From Curvularia clavata (lineage: Eukaryota), in assembly GCA_023920165.1 (NCBI GenBank), contig CP089279.1:1798001-1862000 (forward strand): DNA of 64,000 bases. Reading direction: 5' to 3'. Both the position numbers and the translations under genes were made by a program. Below the pieces are notes generated by a model. The model was given only the letters and a program-made list of their open reading frames with translations. It did no database searches and had not been told where the DNA came from. Below, piece after piece: positions 47,926 to 60,826 of this stretch. Position 1 is the first letter of the stretch, and every line of letters starts with the position of its first letter.

Positions 47926-50745
47926 ATGGACGCCTTCCCAACCCCCATACGTCTAATGCCGCCCCAGACCCCCCGCCGAGTACCCTCTCCAGCCATGTCG
48001 CCTAGTGGTAGGAGAGGCCGCCTATATGCCGGTCCAGAAGACGGTCGTCTTCGCGATCTATCACCCGACACGACCCTACGCGCCTTCACCTACACACCCG
48101 TGCCATTTGACACCACACGCGACGAATACAAAATATTTGCCTGTATCGACACCCTCACCCCCGCCGAGAGAGACCTGGGCACTCGCGTTGCAAAAGCTGC
48201 CCAACGGCTCAAGGCATGGTGCTCTGAAGTCGACCAGTGGGGGTGGCCCGGCACTTTTGAAGAGCCCAGCGCTCGTGATCGTGAGCGAAAGAGGAAAAGC
48301 CTGGAACTACGCATCAGGGAACATGTCGGCAGTCTGAACCCCGTCGATTCCATGCCACTGCTCGAATACTGGGGCTCGCTGCTCTCTGTCGAGGTGGAGC
48401 ATCACGAGGCACGCCTTGACGAAATAAGCGATGAGATGCTCAAGCTTGACGTGGAGGAACTCAAAGAGTACGTGCTGGACATGCACCCCGCCGCCAGGTC
48501 TAGGCCTTGCTCTGCTGGTTGTGAAGCCGCGCGCCAACAGTACAAGGTCATGGACGACTTTTCCTTCCTCATCACACAGACTCTGCTATCGGCCCTGCCT
48601 CATCACACTAAGCTCAAGGAGCGCCTCAATACATGGACAGCTCGTGTCTCTGTCCTGCGCGAGGCACCCTGTTATGTTAATGATCTTGAGGCTGTGCGGA
48701 AGGCCATGCGCTCGGCTTGGGATGATATTCAGCCACTAGCATATTTATCTGATACCGCATTACATCAGTGGAAAAACATCACGAATACAAAGTCAAAAGA
48801 TATTCACCAGAAAATCAGTGATCTAGGTAGGCGTCTGGATAGGATGCTTGATACACTTGAAGGCCGAGAAGATTGTTTACCAGATCATTGGATAGACACC
48901 TTTGAGTCTACAGAGGCAGACTACGGGCAATGGAAACACGAGTTGACAAGGAGAACCATCGATCTCGAGGTGCGAAGCCGAGCAGAGGACTCTGCTAGGA
49001 CGGGGGATGCATCCCAGAAACAGCCCCAGCAGCCTACACATCGCTCATTAGATCATTCAAACGGGCAGTCGATTCCCGTTTTCAACCCTGATCCACTCAA
49101 TACTCCACGACAGTCCGTTGAATCCATCGACGCGATTCTGTCTCCTAAGTTGCGCTCCAAATCAGCCTGCCAAAGCATCACTACCTCACCAAGTTGCGAG
49201 CATGATGCTACTACTACACATGGTAGCTTTGCGTCTGACTCTCCACCCTCTGACGACGAATCAGAGTTTGATGAAGGCGATACTGTTGTACATCACATTC
49301 TCGACGAAAGCTCAGAACGCATCGCTGTTCAGGCCGAACCAGAGCCAGTCATGCCAGATCGGTTACACGGAGACGACTCGTTGGAAAACTTTGCACCACT
49401 TCGCCCAGAGACTGTTACGCAATCGCATGAACCCGCCGTAATCACTGTCGATAGTCAGGATGAAGCTGTAGCGGACCCTCCCCAAACACCACGCTCATGG
49501 CGTGATAGCCTAGGATCATTTTCTACAGACATGTCGCCAGACTCAAGCCCACGCAGTGCTGTCGAAGAGTCTCCTTCAGTCCGTAACGCCACCACCCGGG
49601 CAGAGAGGGCGTCTCGCCCCGAACTGAATGCCACAATGGCAAAGTTACGGCCCGAGAAGAATTCTGCTGTTGCTGGACAAGACTCAGCGAGCGCGCCATG
49701 GCCGCCTTCTCGCTTTGTCCAGAAAACTGCCAATAGTGCCGAGGACTTGGAGCGGAAGATCTCTGATATCCTAACAACGATTCCCGCCCACATTCGGCTC
49801 ACGTCAGGCCCCGGCCCAAATGCGCCCGAAGTGAAACCAGCACGTAGCTTGACAGCTAAAGGCAGTCGCACATACCTACGCGCAGCTCGTTCTGTAAGCA
49901 ATTTCAAAGCGCCAGAACTTACCTTGTCGCCTGCCAAGAGCGAATTTGATCTCCACAATGCTCCGTCTGGACGTAGATCTGCAGCAGCAGCAAGAGGGGA
50001 CAACGATATCAAGCTTTACCATCTCACCCAGCCGGGTAAAGAACAGCCCATCAAGCTCTTCATCCGCCGTGTCGGGGAGAATGGTGAGCGTGTCATGGTA
50101 CGAGTTGGTGGCGGTTGGTCTGACCTCGGCGAATACCTGCGCCAGTATGCAGAGCATCACGGCCGACGGACGGCAAGCGAAGGCAAATTCGAGGTTTTGG
50201 GTCTGGAAGTCAAGAACTCAGATCACTCGCCCAGCCGCCCAGAGAGCGTCATGAGCAGGCGAGAAAGGCGCACTAGCGTTGGCTTCCCCTATGCCAGCCC
50301 CTCTACTACCCCGACCAAGTCGTCTGGTTTGGGCGTGGGTATCTCAACCGATGAAGCACCTCCTCTCATGTCGAGCTTCCATCCGTCTACCCCAGATCGG
50401 ACTGAGGAGCCAGCCATACCCTCAACCACGTCATCTCGCAGTTCTTGGCAGGGTAAGGAAGTCGGGCTCGCAGGCCCAAAGGCAAAGAAGCTGGACCTTA
50501 GCGACGATAAGCTGGAGTGGATTGAAGGTATGATGAAACAAGCTCGTACAGTGAGTACAAGCGCTGCCTCGACTGATCGTCCTGTTTCTCAACGTGGAGA
50601 ACGACCAGTCACTAGTGGTGGCAGCCGCCCGGGGAGTCGTGCCGGCCCCGGCGGGGCGTTGGGCGGCAAGAAGACAGAGTTTAAAGATTTGGGCAAAGTT
50701 GGCGGCACACGGAGACTGTTTATGAAAGGTGCGAAGCCCGCTTAG
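47926..50745 (+). CDS. GAS2/GAR-domain protein, 939 aa (putative cytoskeletal linker)
   Basis: Single long ORF; helical N-terminal half, Ser/Pro-rich linker, RVMVRVGGGWSDLGEYLRQY GAR motif. Confidence 0.85.
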   Translation: MDAFPTPIRLMPPQTPRRVPSPAMSPSGRRGRLYAGPEDGRLRDLSPDTTLRAFTYTPVPFDTTRDEYKIFACIDTLTPAERDLGTRVAKAAQRLKAWCSEVDQWGWPGTFEEPSARDRERKRKSLELRIREHVGSLNPVDSMPLLEYWGSLLSVEVEHHEARLDEISDEMLKLDVEELKEYVLDMHPAARSRPCSAGCEAARQQYKVMDDFSFLITQTLLSALPHHTKLKERLNTWTARVSVLREAPCYVNDLEAVRKAMRSAWDDIQPLAYLSDTALHQWKNITNTKSKDIHQKISDLGRRLDRMLDTLEGREDCLPDHWIDTFESTEADYGQWKHELTRRTIDLEVRSRAEDSARTGDASQKQPQQPTHRSLDHSNGQSIPVFNPDPLNTPRQSVESIDAILSPKLRSKSACQSITTSPSCEHDATTTHGSFASDSPPSDDESEFDEGDTVVHHILDESSERIAVQAEPEPVMPDRLHGDDSLENFAPLRPETVTQSHEPAVITVDSQDEAVADPPQTPRSWRDSLGSFSTDMSPDSSPRSAVEESPSVRNATTRAERASRPELNATMAKLRPEKNSAVAGQDSASAPWPPSRFVQKTANSAEDLERKISDILTTIPAHIRLTSGPGPNAPEVKPARSLTAKGSRTYLRAARSVSNFKAPELTLSPAKSEFDLHNAPSGRRSAAAARGDNDIKLYHLTQPGKEQPIKLFIRRVGENGERVMVRVGGGWSDLGEYLRQYAEHHGRRTASEGKFEVLGLEVKNSDHSPSRPESVMSRRERRTSVGFPYASPSTTPTKSSGLGVGISTDEAPPLMSSFHPSTPDRTEEPAIPSTTSSRSSWQGKEVGLAGPKAKKLDLSDDKLEWIEGMMKQARTVSTSAASTDRPVSQRGERPVTSGGSRPGSRAGPGGALGGKKTEFKDLGKVGGTRRLFMKGAKPA

Positions 50746-51510
50746 GGTGGCTATTCTGAGTGCCATCCCTAATGGTGTAGGCTGTTTAGTTTTATTTGAT
50801 ACCCCGGGCCTTGTACATTCACATGGTGTTGTACGGCCATTGTCTTATTTTTTGTCTCATCTATATTTGGTGGGCTTGAATCAGGAAGGTTTGAGTCTTT
50901 TCTTCTTTCTACTTCTCTCGATTTTCCGTTTGTTGTATTTGGAGTAACGGGGGGGTTTTTTTTGTCCTAGTTAGACGGGTTTGCCTCATCAGCATTGGGA
51001 CAAAGCTTTATACCCAGGAAATTTTTCCTCATCTACTATGTAGTAATCGATTGTGGGAAACACTGTTCCCTGTCTGAAATTTGCGTATGCGCCTATGTAC
51101 TCTGTCACCAGATGATTTTCGATGTTAGTGCACCCTCACATTTCTTCACTGGCAAGTTGCACAACGAAACAGACAGCGATTACCGTGTCAATACAAAAAC
51201 CAATTATCTTGGTGGAAAAATGTACCAGAGGCCTGATGTCGTTCAAGCCATGGAACGGTGCTTCAAAGAGCAGGCAGGGCAGAACAAAATGAGTGCCAAA
51301 GGCGGGAAGCACCACGTTCCAAAAAGCCAGCAAGCACAAAACGCGCAATGCTGTATGGATGTCATGGGCTAGTCTGATCTTCGCACGTAGACTAATCGAC
51401 ACAGTATTGAGGAATAACTTGTGGCAATTTAAGAAAGTGCGGACTTGGACTTGAGGTGAGGAGATGCACAAAATATGGTTGCCGAATTACACATGTGAAT
51501 TGCAGCACAG

Positions 51511-52548
51511 CTATTCGTCGTCGTCGGCGTCATCATCATCACCTTGGACATCCATGACACGTTCGCCAGCTCTTTCGAGCGTTCGGCGACTCCAAGCGCG
51601 AACTCCTTTGTAGATTGCCTGATCAATATTAGTACCATGCCGCGAGCAAATCATTCAAGTGCATACCGTTAAAAACGTGGCAACTCCGACTAGAATGATA
51701 ATCCAACTGATCTGCTCATAGCGATCGCGACCAGTTGTGCGACCTCGCCCACCCCCAATTCTAAAGTAACTGAGTGGACTAGCAAGCAAAACTTTCAGGA
51801 AGCCAAGCACGCCCATGCTTGCAATCCCTTTAGCAAAGTGTTCGTACCAAGTAGACGACTGGTCATCATCGTAATACGAATGATCAGATTCGGAAAGTCC
51901 AGACCAGGGAAATAAGAAACTCCAAGGATCAAGATATAGGTTGATAATAGGGTCGGCAACAAATCCTAGGATGAAAATGGTAGAAAACAAAATAAGGGCG
52001 GTCAAACCAACCTGAGCAGCTGCGGATTAGGTCAGATTCTGTCTTGCATAGTGTTCATGTGACGTACAAACGCTGCCAATGAAGCGACCAGCGCCCAGGC
52101 GCGCAAGGCGATATCTGAAGCCACAGGTGGGACATTGCCAGTAGTTTCTGCGACCGTAGCTGGGATCTGCATGTCTCCAAGCTTGCAAGCAAGCATCATG
52201 GACATACTTGGATGAACCCTTGCAAAGGCATGGGCGGATCAGGCGACCACTCTCATCCTCGTAAACGACGTTGGAGGACTGTAAGAAGCCGGGTAAATTT
52301 GGTGAAGGGATGTTGAAAGTAGGCTGGACTGTCTCGAGACAGATTCTGCACTGTCTCGGTGGCCAGTGGGTGCGTCTGGAGCCGTGTGAGCCCGATGACG
52401 CATTTGCGCCGCTCGCTGTTGCGTCTGAACGCCGGGATCGTGAGGATGTATTTGCAGAAGATGCATCAGGATGCGAGGGTTCATTTCTGGGTACTTCGTC
52501 TGGCCAGTACCATCCTGGCATGGGCTGAAAACCCGAGGACGAAGACAT
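51511..52548 (-). CDS. RING-CH (MARCH-type, C4HC3) membrane E3 ubiquitin ligase, three exons
   Basis: CRICLE...LIRPCLCKGSSKYVHDACLQAW...CPTC followed by TM helices; last intron 51666-51619; acidic C-terminus. Confidence 0.88.
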
Positions 52549-53034
52549 GGCAGGTAAAGGGTATGCTACTAATGCAGGGAGGTGAGGTTAATCCGACTCT
52601 TACCAGAAAAGAAGCACATGAGCGAACATGAAGATGACAAGGCGATCAATCAATAAGCGGCGGAGAAGACATTCGTCAACTTAAGTATCCCGGCAGCGCG
52701 GATCATGTTCCGGCACAGCCTCCTCTGCTGGCATACAACCGGGAGAGGGGTGGGGGACACGGTGGCAGGAGGCTGCAGACGTATCGGGGATCTGAAGAAG
52801 CGGTTCTGGAAGGCCAGAGAATTCAAAGTAGCAAGTTTGCTGGAAGAAGCCGGAGCTGAGGTTGAGCCGAGCGCCGGCCTTGGCGCGCCCGCGACGAAGC
52901 TCTAGGTAGCCTGGAGCTCTAGAAGGTCGCCTTTCCGTGCCCGCGTCGTCACTCCATCCTCCCGCCCAAGTTCACGACGACAACTGCTGCACCATCTCTA
53001 CCATAGCCCTCACTCCCTCAGCCAAGCAGTCACC

Positions 53035-54050
53035 ATGGCGGATCGATATTCTTTCTCTCTCACCACCTTCTCCCCCAGGTAAACACCGCACTGCCCTACC
53101 TGTTGTACATGACATGTTCGCTGACGTTCCTTATAGCGGGAAGCTGGTACAGATTGGTACGCGATCCTGTAAACGCTGCAGATTATGCGGCGAGGATTAT
53201 GATTAATGTCTAACCTCACAATAGAATATGCCTTGAATGCTGTCAATCAAGGAGTCACTTCATTAGGAATCAAGGGTATGTATTCTTCACCACATACATG
53301 TAGCACGATTGACCATGTGCTCTAGCCACCAATGGAGTTGTCCTCGCAACGGAGAAAAAGTCATCGTCGCCCCTCATTGACTCGCAATCTTCGTCCAAAA
53401 TCAGTCTCATAACACCCAATCTCGGCATGGTCTACTCTGGCATGGGTCCCGATTATCGCGTCCTAGTCGACAAGGCCCGCAAGGTCTCACATACTGGATA
53501 CAAGCGCGTCTACAATGAGTACCCACCTACAAGGATATTAGTCCAGGATGTGGCGAGGGTGATGCAGGAGGCTACGCAGTCAGGTGGTGTGCGGCCGTAC
53601 GGCGTGAGTCTGCTCATCGCAGGATGGGACGATGGTATCGAGCCCGAGGCTGAGGGCAAGAGCGACGAGCAGACGAGCGAAGAGAAGAAGAAGGTGACCG
53701 GCAAGACTGGCGGTATTCTCAAGGGAGGACCCAGTCTTTACCAGGTCGACCCGAGCGGCAGCTACTTCCCCTGGAAAGCGACAGCAATAGGAAAGAGTGC
53801 AACGAGCGCAAAGACATTCCTGGAAAAACGATATACGGATGGCCTGGAGCTTGAGGATGCGATTCACATTGCTCTCCTCACACTCAAAGAGACCATAGAG
53901 GGAGAAATGAATGGCGAGACTGTTGAGATTGGCATCGTCGGACCACCAGAGGAGAGGCTTCTTGGTGTAGAGGGAGTCGAGGGTGCCGTCGGTCCACGCT
54001 TCAGGAAGTTGAGCCCCTCAGAAGTAGAGGACTACCTCACAAACTTGTAA
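53035..54050 (+). CDS. PRE8: 20S proteasome subunit alpha-2
   Basis: [28 protein letters not shown]...|[32 protein letters not shown]. Confidence 0.96.
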
Positions 54051-54424
54051 ATGGCTCGCAACGATACTGCGCGCAATAGGCACAGGTTATCTGAGCGCCT
54101 CACGAGCACTGTACCGAGTTATGATCAAAGTCATGAAGCGACTTATGTAGCATTTACGAAAATGATGTCCCACAATACCCAATCTATGCCCCTTCTGTTG
54201 TCTGCTGTTAGTGGTGCCGCATTCAAACACTAATACTATTGGACCAAGCAAGACCCTTCATTTCTGCCTTGTACGACATCTGCACGTCGCTAGTCAGCCA
54301 ACATCGTTTAGCCCTACCGAGCACGCTGATGGTTGTTCCAAGCTTTCGAGTGCAGCATCAAAAGCTACAGAGCGTTTGCCCTTCACGTTTGCGATTCGGG
54401 TCGCTTACGGCTCTCGTGCTACTG

Positions 54425-57400
54425 ATGGGCTCACCACAGCACAATAGCGACAGCGGTTTGGCCACTGTGATGGCGTCTAACGAGCCGTTCCGCCTGCGGG
54501 GCTACCAGGCTGAAATGGTCGAGGAGAGCATGAAAGCCAACACCATCGTTGTCATGGACACGGGGTCTGGAAAGACGCATATGTAAGCCACTAGCCACTC
54601 TTTCAATAAGCTATCATTGATGATACAGCAGCGCTATTGAACGAACTCGAGCGGAGTTGGAGACATGCGAGCCTAACAAGGTGCGGATACCTACTTACCT
54701 GCCGCCAGACCTGCGCTAAGCTACCTCTCACCTCTTTAGATTGTCTGGTTTCTAGCACCCACAGTGGCGCTTTGCGAACAGCAATACGAAGTCTTCCAAT
54801 CCAATCTACCCGGCTACATTCATTTGCTTCTCTGTGGAAGAGACGATGTCGAGTTATGGACGACGCAGAATACCTGGGATCGAGTGCTTCGCAATGTCCG
54901 TATTGTCTTGTCCACGCATCAGATTCTACTTGACGCACTTTCACATGGTTTTGTGAGACTGAGCAGGCTAGCTCTTCTCATTTTTGACGAAGGTTCGCTA
55001 GATGACGTCTCAGAAAAACACTTTTCACTCATGTCTTTTTTAGCTCACCATTGCACGTTAAAACACCCGGCTCATCGTATAATGTCCGGCTTCTATATGC
55101 CGTTAGTAAGGGTGGGAAGTAAAGAACTACCTAAAATTCTGGGTTTAACTGCTAGCCCCGTCATGAAAGCAGCAGCTAACAAGCGAAGTCTTGAGTAAGC
55201 CTGTCAATCCCACAAGCTCGACTGAAGCTGACATACACAAGGGAAATTGAACAGAACTTGCAAGCGACCGCAAGAACACCTAAACAGTACAGGTCTGAAC
55301 TGATTCGCCATGTCCATCAGCCGGAGGTAATTCAAGTCAATTACACTCAGGAATTTCTCAGCAAAAGCCCTTCTGTGTTGCTGCTAGCGTTACAGAACGA
55401 GTGCAGGAATTACGACCTCATGCAAGATCCGTATATAATCGCGCTCATGAACCAGCAAAGGAATGGATACAACGTCTCTAGGCAGCTTGAGAAGATTTGG
55501 ATCAGTGGCAAGACTTATTGCTACGACCACTTAAAACAATTGGTGTCCAAAGCTGAAGCAATGGCAGAAGAGATGGGAAAATCTGTCATGGAACACTTCT
55601 TGCATCATTGTGTAAGCAATTTCGCGAACCTGGCAAGCGCTGCCGATCACCAGCTACTGGAATTATCTAGTGATGAGAGGCAACATCTCTTAAACATCCT
55701 CCAACCACTTCTCGCTCAACACATTACAGTCATTCCAGTCCCATTACTGGAGAGTCTCTCTCATAAGGTCAATGTCCTTATTGATATTCTAGTCAATGAA
55801 GCTACTGCCAGTTCAACATTCACCGGTCTTGTGTTTGTAGAGCAACGAGTCTGGGTGGCATCTCTCGCCGAAATACTGACTTCCCACCCGCGCACCAAAA
55901 GCATACTACGTGTCGCTACATTTGTTGGTACATCTCAGACATCCAAGCGCAAAGGAGATTTAAGCACTTTTGCGGAACCCAAAAACCAGCAAAGCACTCT
56001 TGACAAGTTCAAGGCTGGTATCATCAACCTTGTTTTGGCAACGAGCGTATTGGAAGAAGGTATCGACATACCCAGCTGTCACCTAGTGGTATGCTTTGAG
56101 CATCCTAAGAATCTTAAGTACGTTTTCTCATCACAAGTTTGCTTTATGGTTTTGACTAATCATGTCTTTTTTGAACTTCCAGGGGCTTCATTCAACGCCG
56201 TGGGAGAGCGAGACAACACCAGTCGCGTCTTTATATCTTTGCTCCAAACACTGGAGTCACCCTTTCCCCAGCATCTTGGCAGCTGCTTGAGACTGAGTTG
56301 AGAAAGGCTTACGAAGACGATAAGCGTCAAGTCCTACTGGCTCAGGCACAGGAAAAGGTCAAGGAGGATGGCTCGCGTTGTTTTAAAGTCAGCAGTACTG
56401 GGTAAGTTTGGATATACCATCTTCTACATGTTCTTTATTCCCCACAATCAAAGGCATAGAGGGCCAGTGAACACTGCTAACACAGACTCTAGAGCATTAC
56501 TGACTCTTGATAATGCGTGCCAACATCTCTATCATTTCTGTGCTCGTCTGACGTCCAGTACCTACGGGGATACTCAACCGGAGTTTGATTTCACTAGCGT
56601 TGACGGCCAAATTACTGCAAAGGTTACGCTCCCGATTTCCATCCCACCTGCATTAAGGATGGCCAAGAGTTTTCAAACGTGGAAAACAGAGAAAATGGCA
56701 CGAAAGGACGCGGCTTTTGAAGCATACCGAGCCCTCTACGATTCTGGTTTGGTGAATGAAAACCTCCTTCCTGTTAGAGACGAAGAGGAAGAATTGACAG
56801 CACAGGACCAGTGTCGCAATGATCAGCCGTCGTTGATACCCGTATCTTTCACGGTTGATCCCTGGAAAATTCTCCTTCAGAACCACCATAACAGTTCACA
56901 TGAATGGTATCGCACATTGCTCAATGTGACAGCCCCCGGAGAAGAGCCGTCACAGATGATCCTGTTAACCCCACATGCTGTGCCTGCTATGCCAGACGTA
57001 CTGTTACACTGGAATGAATCAAAGCGGTACAATGCAAAAACTTCCTCCTTGCCTAGTGCATTCCTGACAGATGCCGACGTCCAGCTTCTACGATCTATCA
57101 CATGGACAATGCTTCGCTCGGTTTTCGGTGTTTACGTAGAAGACGACGCTTACGACTTTGTCTACCTCCTCGCACCTTGCAGCAAGCTGAACTATGCCCT
57201 GTCAATGTTTGAACTTGAAAAATGGCATGCGGAGACCAGAGGCCAGCGATCAGCCCAAGAGCTTGTACTTCAAGGCAACGTTGATCCAAGATGCTGGGGT
57301 CTGGCCACGAGACAAGAAGACATGCGAAGATATATTGTCAAAGCCATCAGGCTATTGCCATCCACAGCTTCTGTAGATGCTGAAGAGCCATTCGTGGAAG

Positions 57401-59070
57401 CCGTTCGTTTCCCCAAGCGTCGGGACTTTTTACATCCTATTCCGGAGAGTGACAAAAGGAACGAAGCATATGCCAAGGTTGAGACTCTTGGTGTTTCTTC
57501 ATGCGTTGTCGACAACCTCCCTGTATCGCAAAGTATCCTGGCATTGTTTCTCCCATCGATCGCGCATAGGCTTGAAGTGCACATGGCTGCCGACATACTC
57601 AGAACCAGCCTTCTTAAGCATGTCGACATTGATAACTCTCATTTGCCACTTATCGTTCTGGCGCTTACCTCATCAGCTGCCGATGCTGTATCGAATTATC
57701 AAAGATTGGAATTTCTTGGAGATTGCATTCTGAAGTTCATTACTTCTCTTCACCTGATGGCTACTTACCCTCATATGCCAGAGGGTATGTTGACAGACAA
57801 GAAAGGTAGAATCGTTAGTAATGGGAATCTGGCTCGAGCTGCTTTACATGCTGGCCTTGACAGGTTTATCCTTTACAACAGTTTCACGGGAGCGAAGTGG
57901 AGGCCAAAATACATCAGCCAATTGGTTGCGGACACAAGCATTCCATGCAAGCAAGAAAAGTCTCCAAAGCTCATCGCTGACATTGTAGAATCCCTCATTG
58001 GCGCGTCCTACCTTGCTGGCGGTCTTTCTAAGGCATTCACATGTGTGAAATCCCTGCTACCTTCGGAAAACTGGATGTCCATTTGGAACGCTCATTACAC
58101 ACTCTACAATGCTACTCCTGACCAGGCCACTGTAAGGAGTCTCACCCTGGTAGAGAGACTACTTGGCTATACGTTCAACAATAAAGTCTTACTCGTCGAC
58201 GCACTAACACATTCTACGTTCCGTGGTGTCAACACGCATTGCTCATATGAGCGCGAAGAATTTCTTGGCGACGCAGTGCTTGATTACATCATTTCGAAAA
58301 ATCTCTACGCATACGAACCAGGACTGCCGCATCATAAGATGCACAGCATTCGGACCGCGATGGTCAATGCTTCATTCCTCACGTACAGCATGTTTGAGAC
58401 CACTGTTGAAGAAGAGCTGACAAGCAAAGAAACGTTACAATCGCAAACTCATCAAAGAGCTTTATGGCAATTCCTTCGATTCACGAGCTACGAACTTGCC
58501 GCTTTACAATCCATAGCCCTAAGAAGACATGTTGAAGCACGAGCACAAATTGCTGCAGCTCTGGAACATGATGCACGTTTTCCATGGCAAGCGCTCTCGC
58601 TCACGGACCCACCAAAGTTCCTCTCTGATATAGTAGAGAGCGTCATCGGTGCCCTTTACATTGACAGTCATGGTTCCATTTCGGTTTGCGAAGAGTTTAT
58701 TCGACGCCTTGGCATCCTACGTTGTCTTGAGCGTATCCTGAGCGATGATGTAGATTGCTTACATCCAAAGGAACGCCTGGGGATCCTTGCGGTTGATAAG
58801 ACAGTGACTTACGTGCATATCACGAGTGATACAAAAAGAGACGAAGGCAAATCGATCGCGATGAATGACACAACGTACAAAGTACAGGTCAGAATTGGTG
58901 GGCAGGATGTCGGAGATGTTGTTAAAGGTGTAAAGAGACTACAGGCCGAGACGATTGCTGCTTGGAGAGCCATTGAAATCATTGAACGAGTAGGTGTCGA
59001 GTATCAAGACATGAGAGAAGAAGACGAGGTGTTTTTCGATGCGGAAGAAGATGGTGGAGTGAGGCTGTAA
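54425..59070 (+). CDS. DCL2: Dicer-like protein 2 (DExD/H helicase, helicase C, Dicer dsRNA-binding fold, two RNase III, dsRBD), multi-exon; start at 54425 or 54470
   Basis: [76 protein letters not shown]; no recognisable PAZ domain. Confidence 0.93.
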
Positions 59071-60585
59071 CTTAACGAGCCTTCGAATGTGTAGGTCCTA
59101 AATATTACGCGGTCAGGCTTGTGAAATGGGTAACACCGCTAACGAAGCATCTGCCTGTTTCGCGTTTTTATGAGTACCTACTACCATTCATACCTTCCAA
59201 TAGCTGTTAATTTACAGCATTATCAGCGACAGAGTTTGCTGACATCTGTTTCCTCCGGGCCATGCAGGTCTGAGTCTAAACAGTATTCATGATTTCAGTG
59301 ACTGATTTATTCACCGTATTATTAGCAATGACTGGATATCCGTTCTTTTGTTTAAACCTTGTTTTACCTCTGCTATCAATATTATGCTCAGATGTATATC
59401 CAACTAAGAAGTGGCACTCCTCGGCAGAATTTCACAAGAATTTCGGTTGCAATCATCCCCAGCATAAGATATGAAATACTTAGGCATCTTATATTGTATC
59501 TTGCCATGTTTTATTAGCGCCCAGCGGTGGGCTGACAGCTCTTACTAGAACAGGTCTCAGAAGTGACGAATGTAGTCTGAATAGACAGTGCTAGAGCCCT
59601 CAACTTGTCCTGAGGAAACATCATCTCTGCAACCAATCAACCTTAGGATCATAGGCGGTTCGCGTATGTTGTTCACGGAGCATACTAAGGTCAACTAGGT
59701 CCATGATAAGATGATGATCATGTTTCGAGCATATAGCGGCGCCAGCTAGTGCCGCTTCTTGCTCATGCTTGGCATCATTGGGGGCGGACTGTATCGGGGT
59801 GACGATGATCAGCAGCTCACAGAAAATTCTTGCTTCGCGGAGAGAGAAACCCACTACCTAACTCTTGCCTAGCGTCGTGTTGGTTACGGGCATGTAACAA
59901 CAAATATGCCGCGCCCCGATAGAGAGCTATATGTGTGGGTCTAAAGTGAGACATCGGGCGGCACATTGAAGCTGGATACTGAACTTTTCAGGCGTTGACG
60001 GAGAAGCCGATGCTCATTGCCTTAGGCTGTTTGTCGCTCCAAATGTTGTAATCGGCTGGCGCGGCGCTTACCAGAAGAAGACTGGCTCGAACAGGCGAAC
60101 GGAAGCTGAAAGTAGACGAGAAATCGCACGATAGCTACAAAACAACAGTGTTTGTTTCCAGAGCGGCTTCGAAGTCTGCATGTTAGAGTGGCGGAGGCAC
60201 GGTTGGGGCTTCCCTCTCCGACGCCCCGGTGTCGTGAGGCGTTCGTTGTGCCGTGTGGCGTCCTCACGCTCCTCACAAGACTGCCTGACGGCCACTTCCT
60301 GGACCCGAACATCAATGCAATGTGACTGTCCATGTTAGGGGCGGACTATGCCTAGCTACCGTCATTCCGTCTAAGCATCTTTGATTGAGGCGCGGAAACC
60401 GCATGGCAAGACCTGAGGAAGAAAGGCACCTTGTCCGACTATAAAGTGATGAACAGTATCTTCGATGCGAAGAAGCCATCTACAAACAGATCATCCTCCA
60501 ATACATACTGAGCTTCTATCTAGATCAATTTGAGCTCCACGTCCGCTTTTGTCCTTACATTCATCTCATCCTCAAGACCGTCACT

Positions 60586-60826
60586 ATGTCGTCCTCGTCT
60601 CAGAACCAGCATCAACAGTCGTCCTCCGGTAGCAGACCTACCGGCGCAACAGGAGGTGGCTATTACAGACATCCTTGCCGAAACTGGCAGCAGGAGGGCC
60701 ACCCTCAAAACTACAATTTCATCGACCAAAACGACCAACTGTGCGCCCATTGTTTGGTAAGTTGTCAGTCGACGCCGTTTAGCATTCCGCTAATTATCAC
60801 TACAGTGTGCACCCCGCCACCGTTGA
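60586..60826 (+). CDS. Possible small (~63 aa) spliced Cys/His protein
   Basis: TATAAAG at ~60440; CT-rich leader; ATG 60586; intron 60757-60805 (GTAAGT...GCTAAT...CAG); YYRHPCRNW...LCAHCL|CAPRHR*. Confidence 0.4.
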
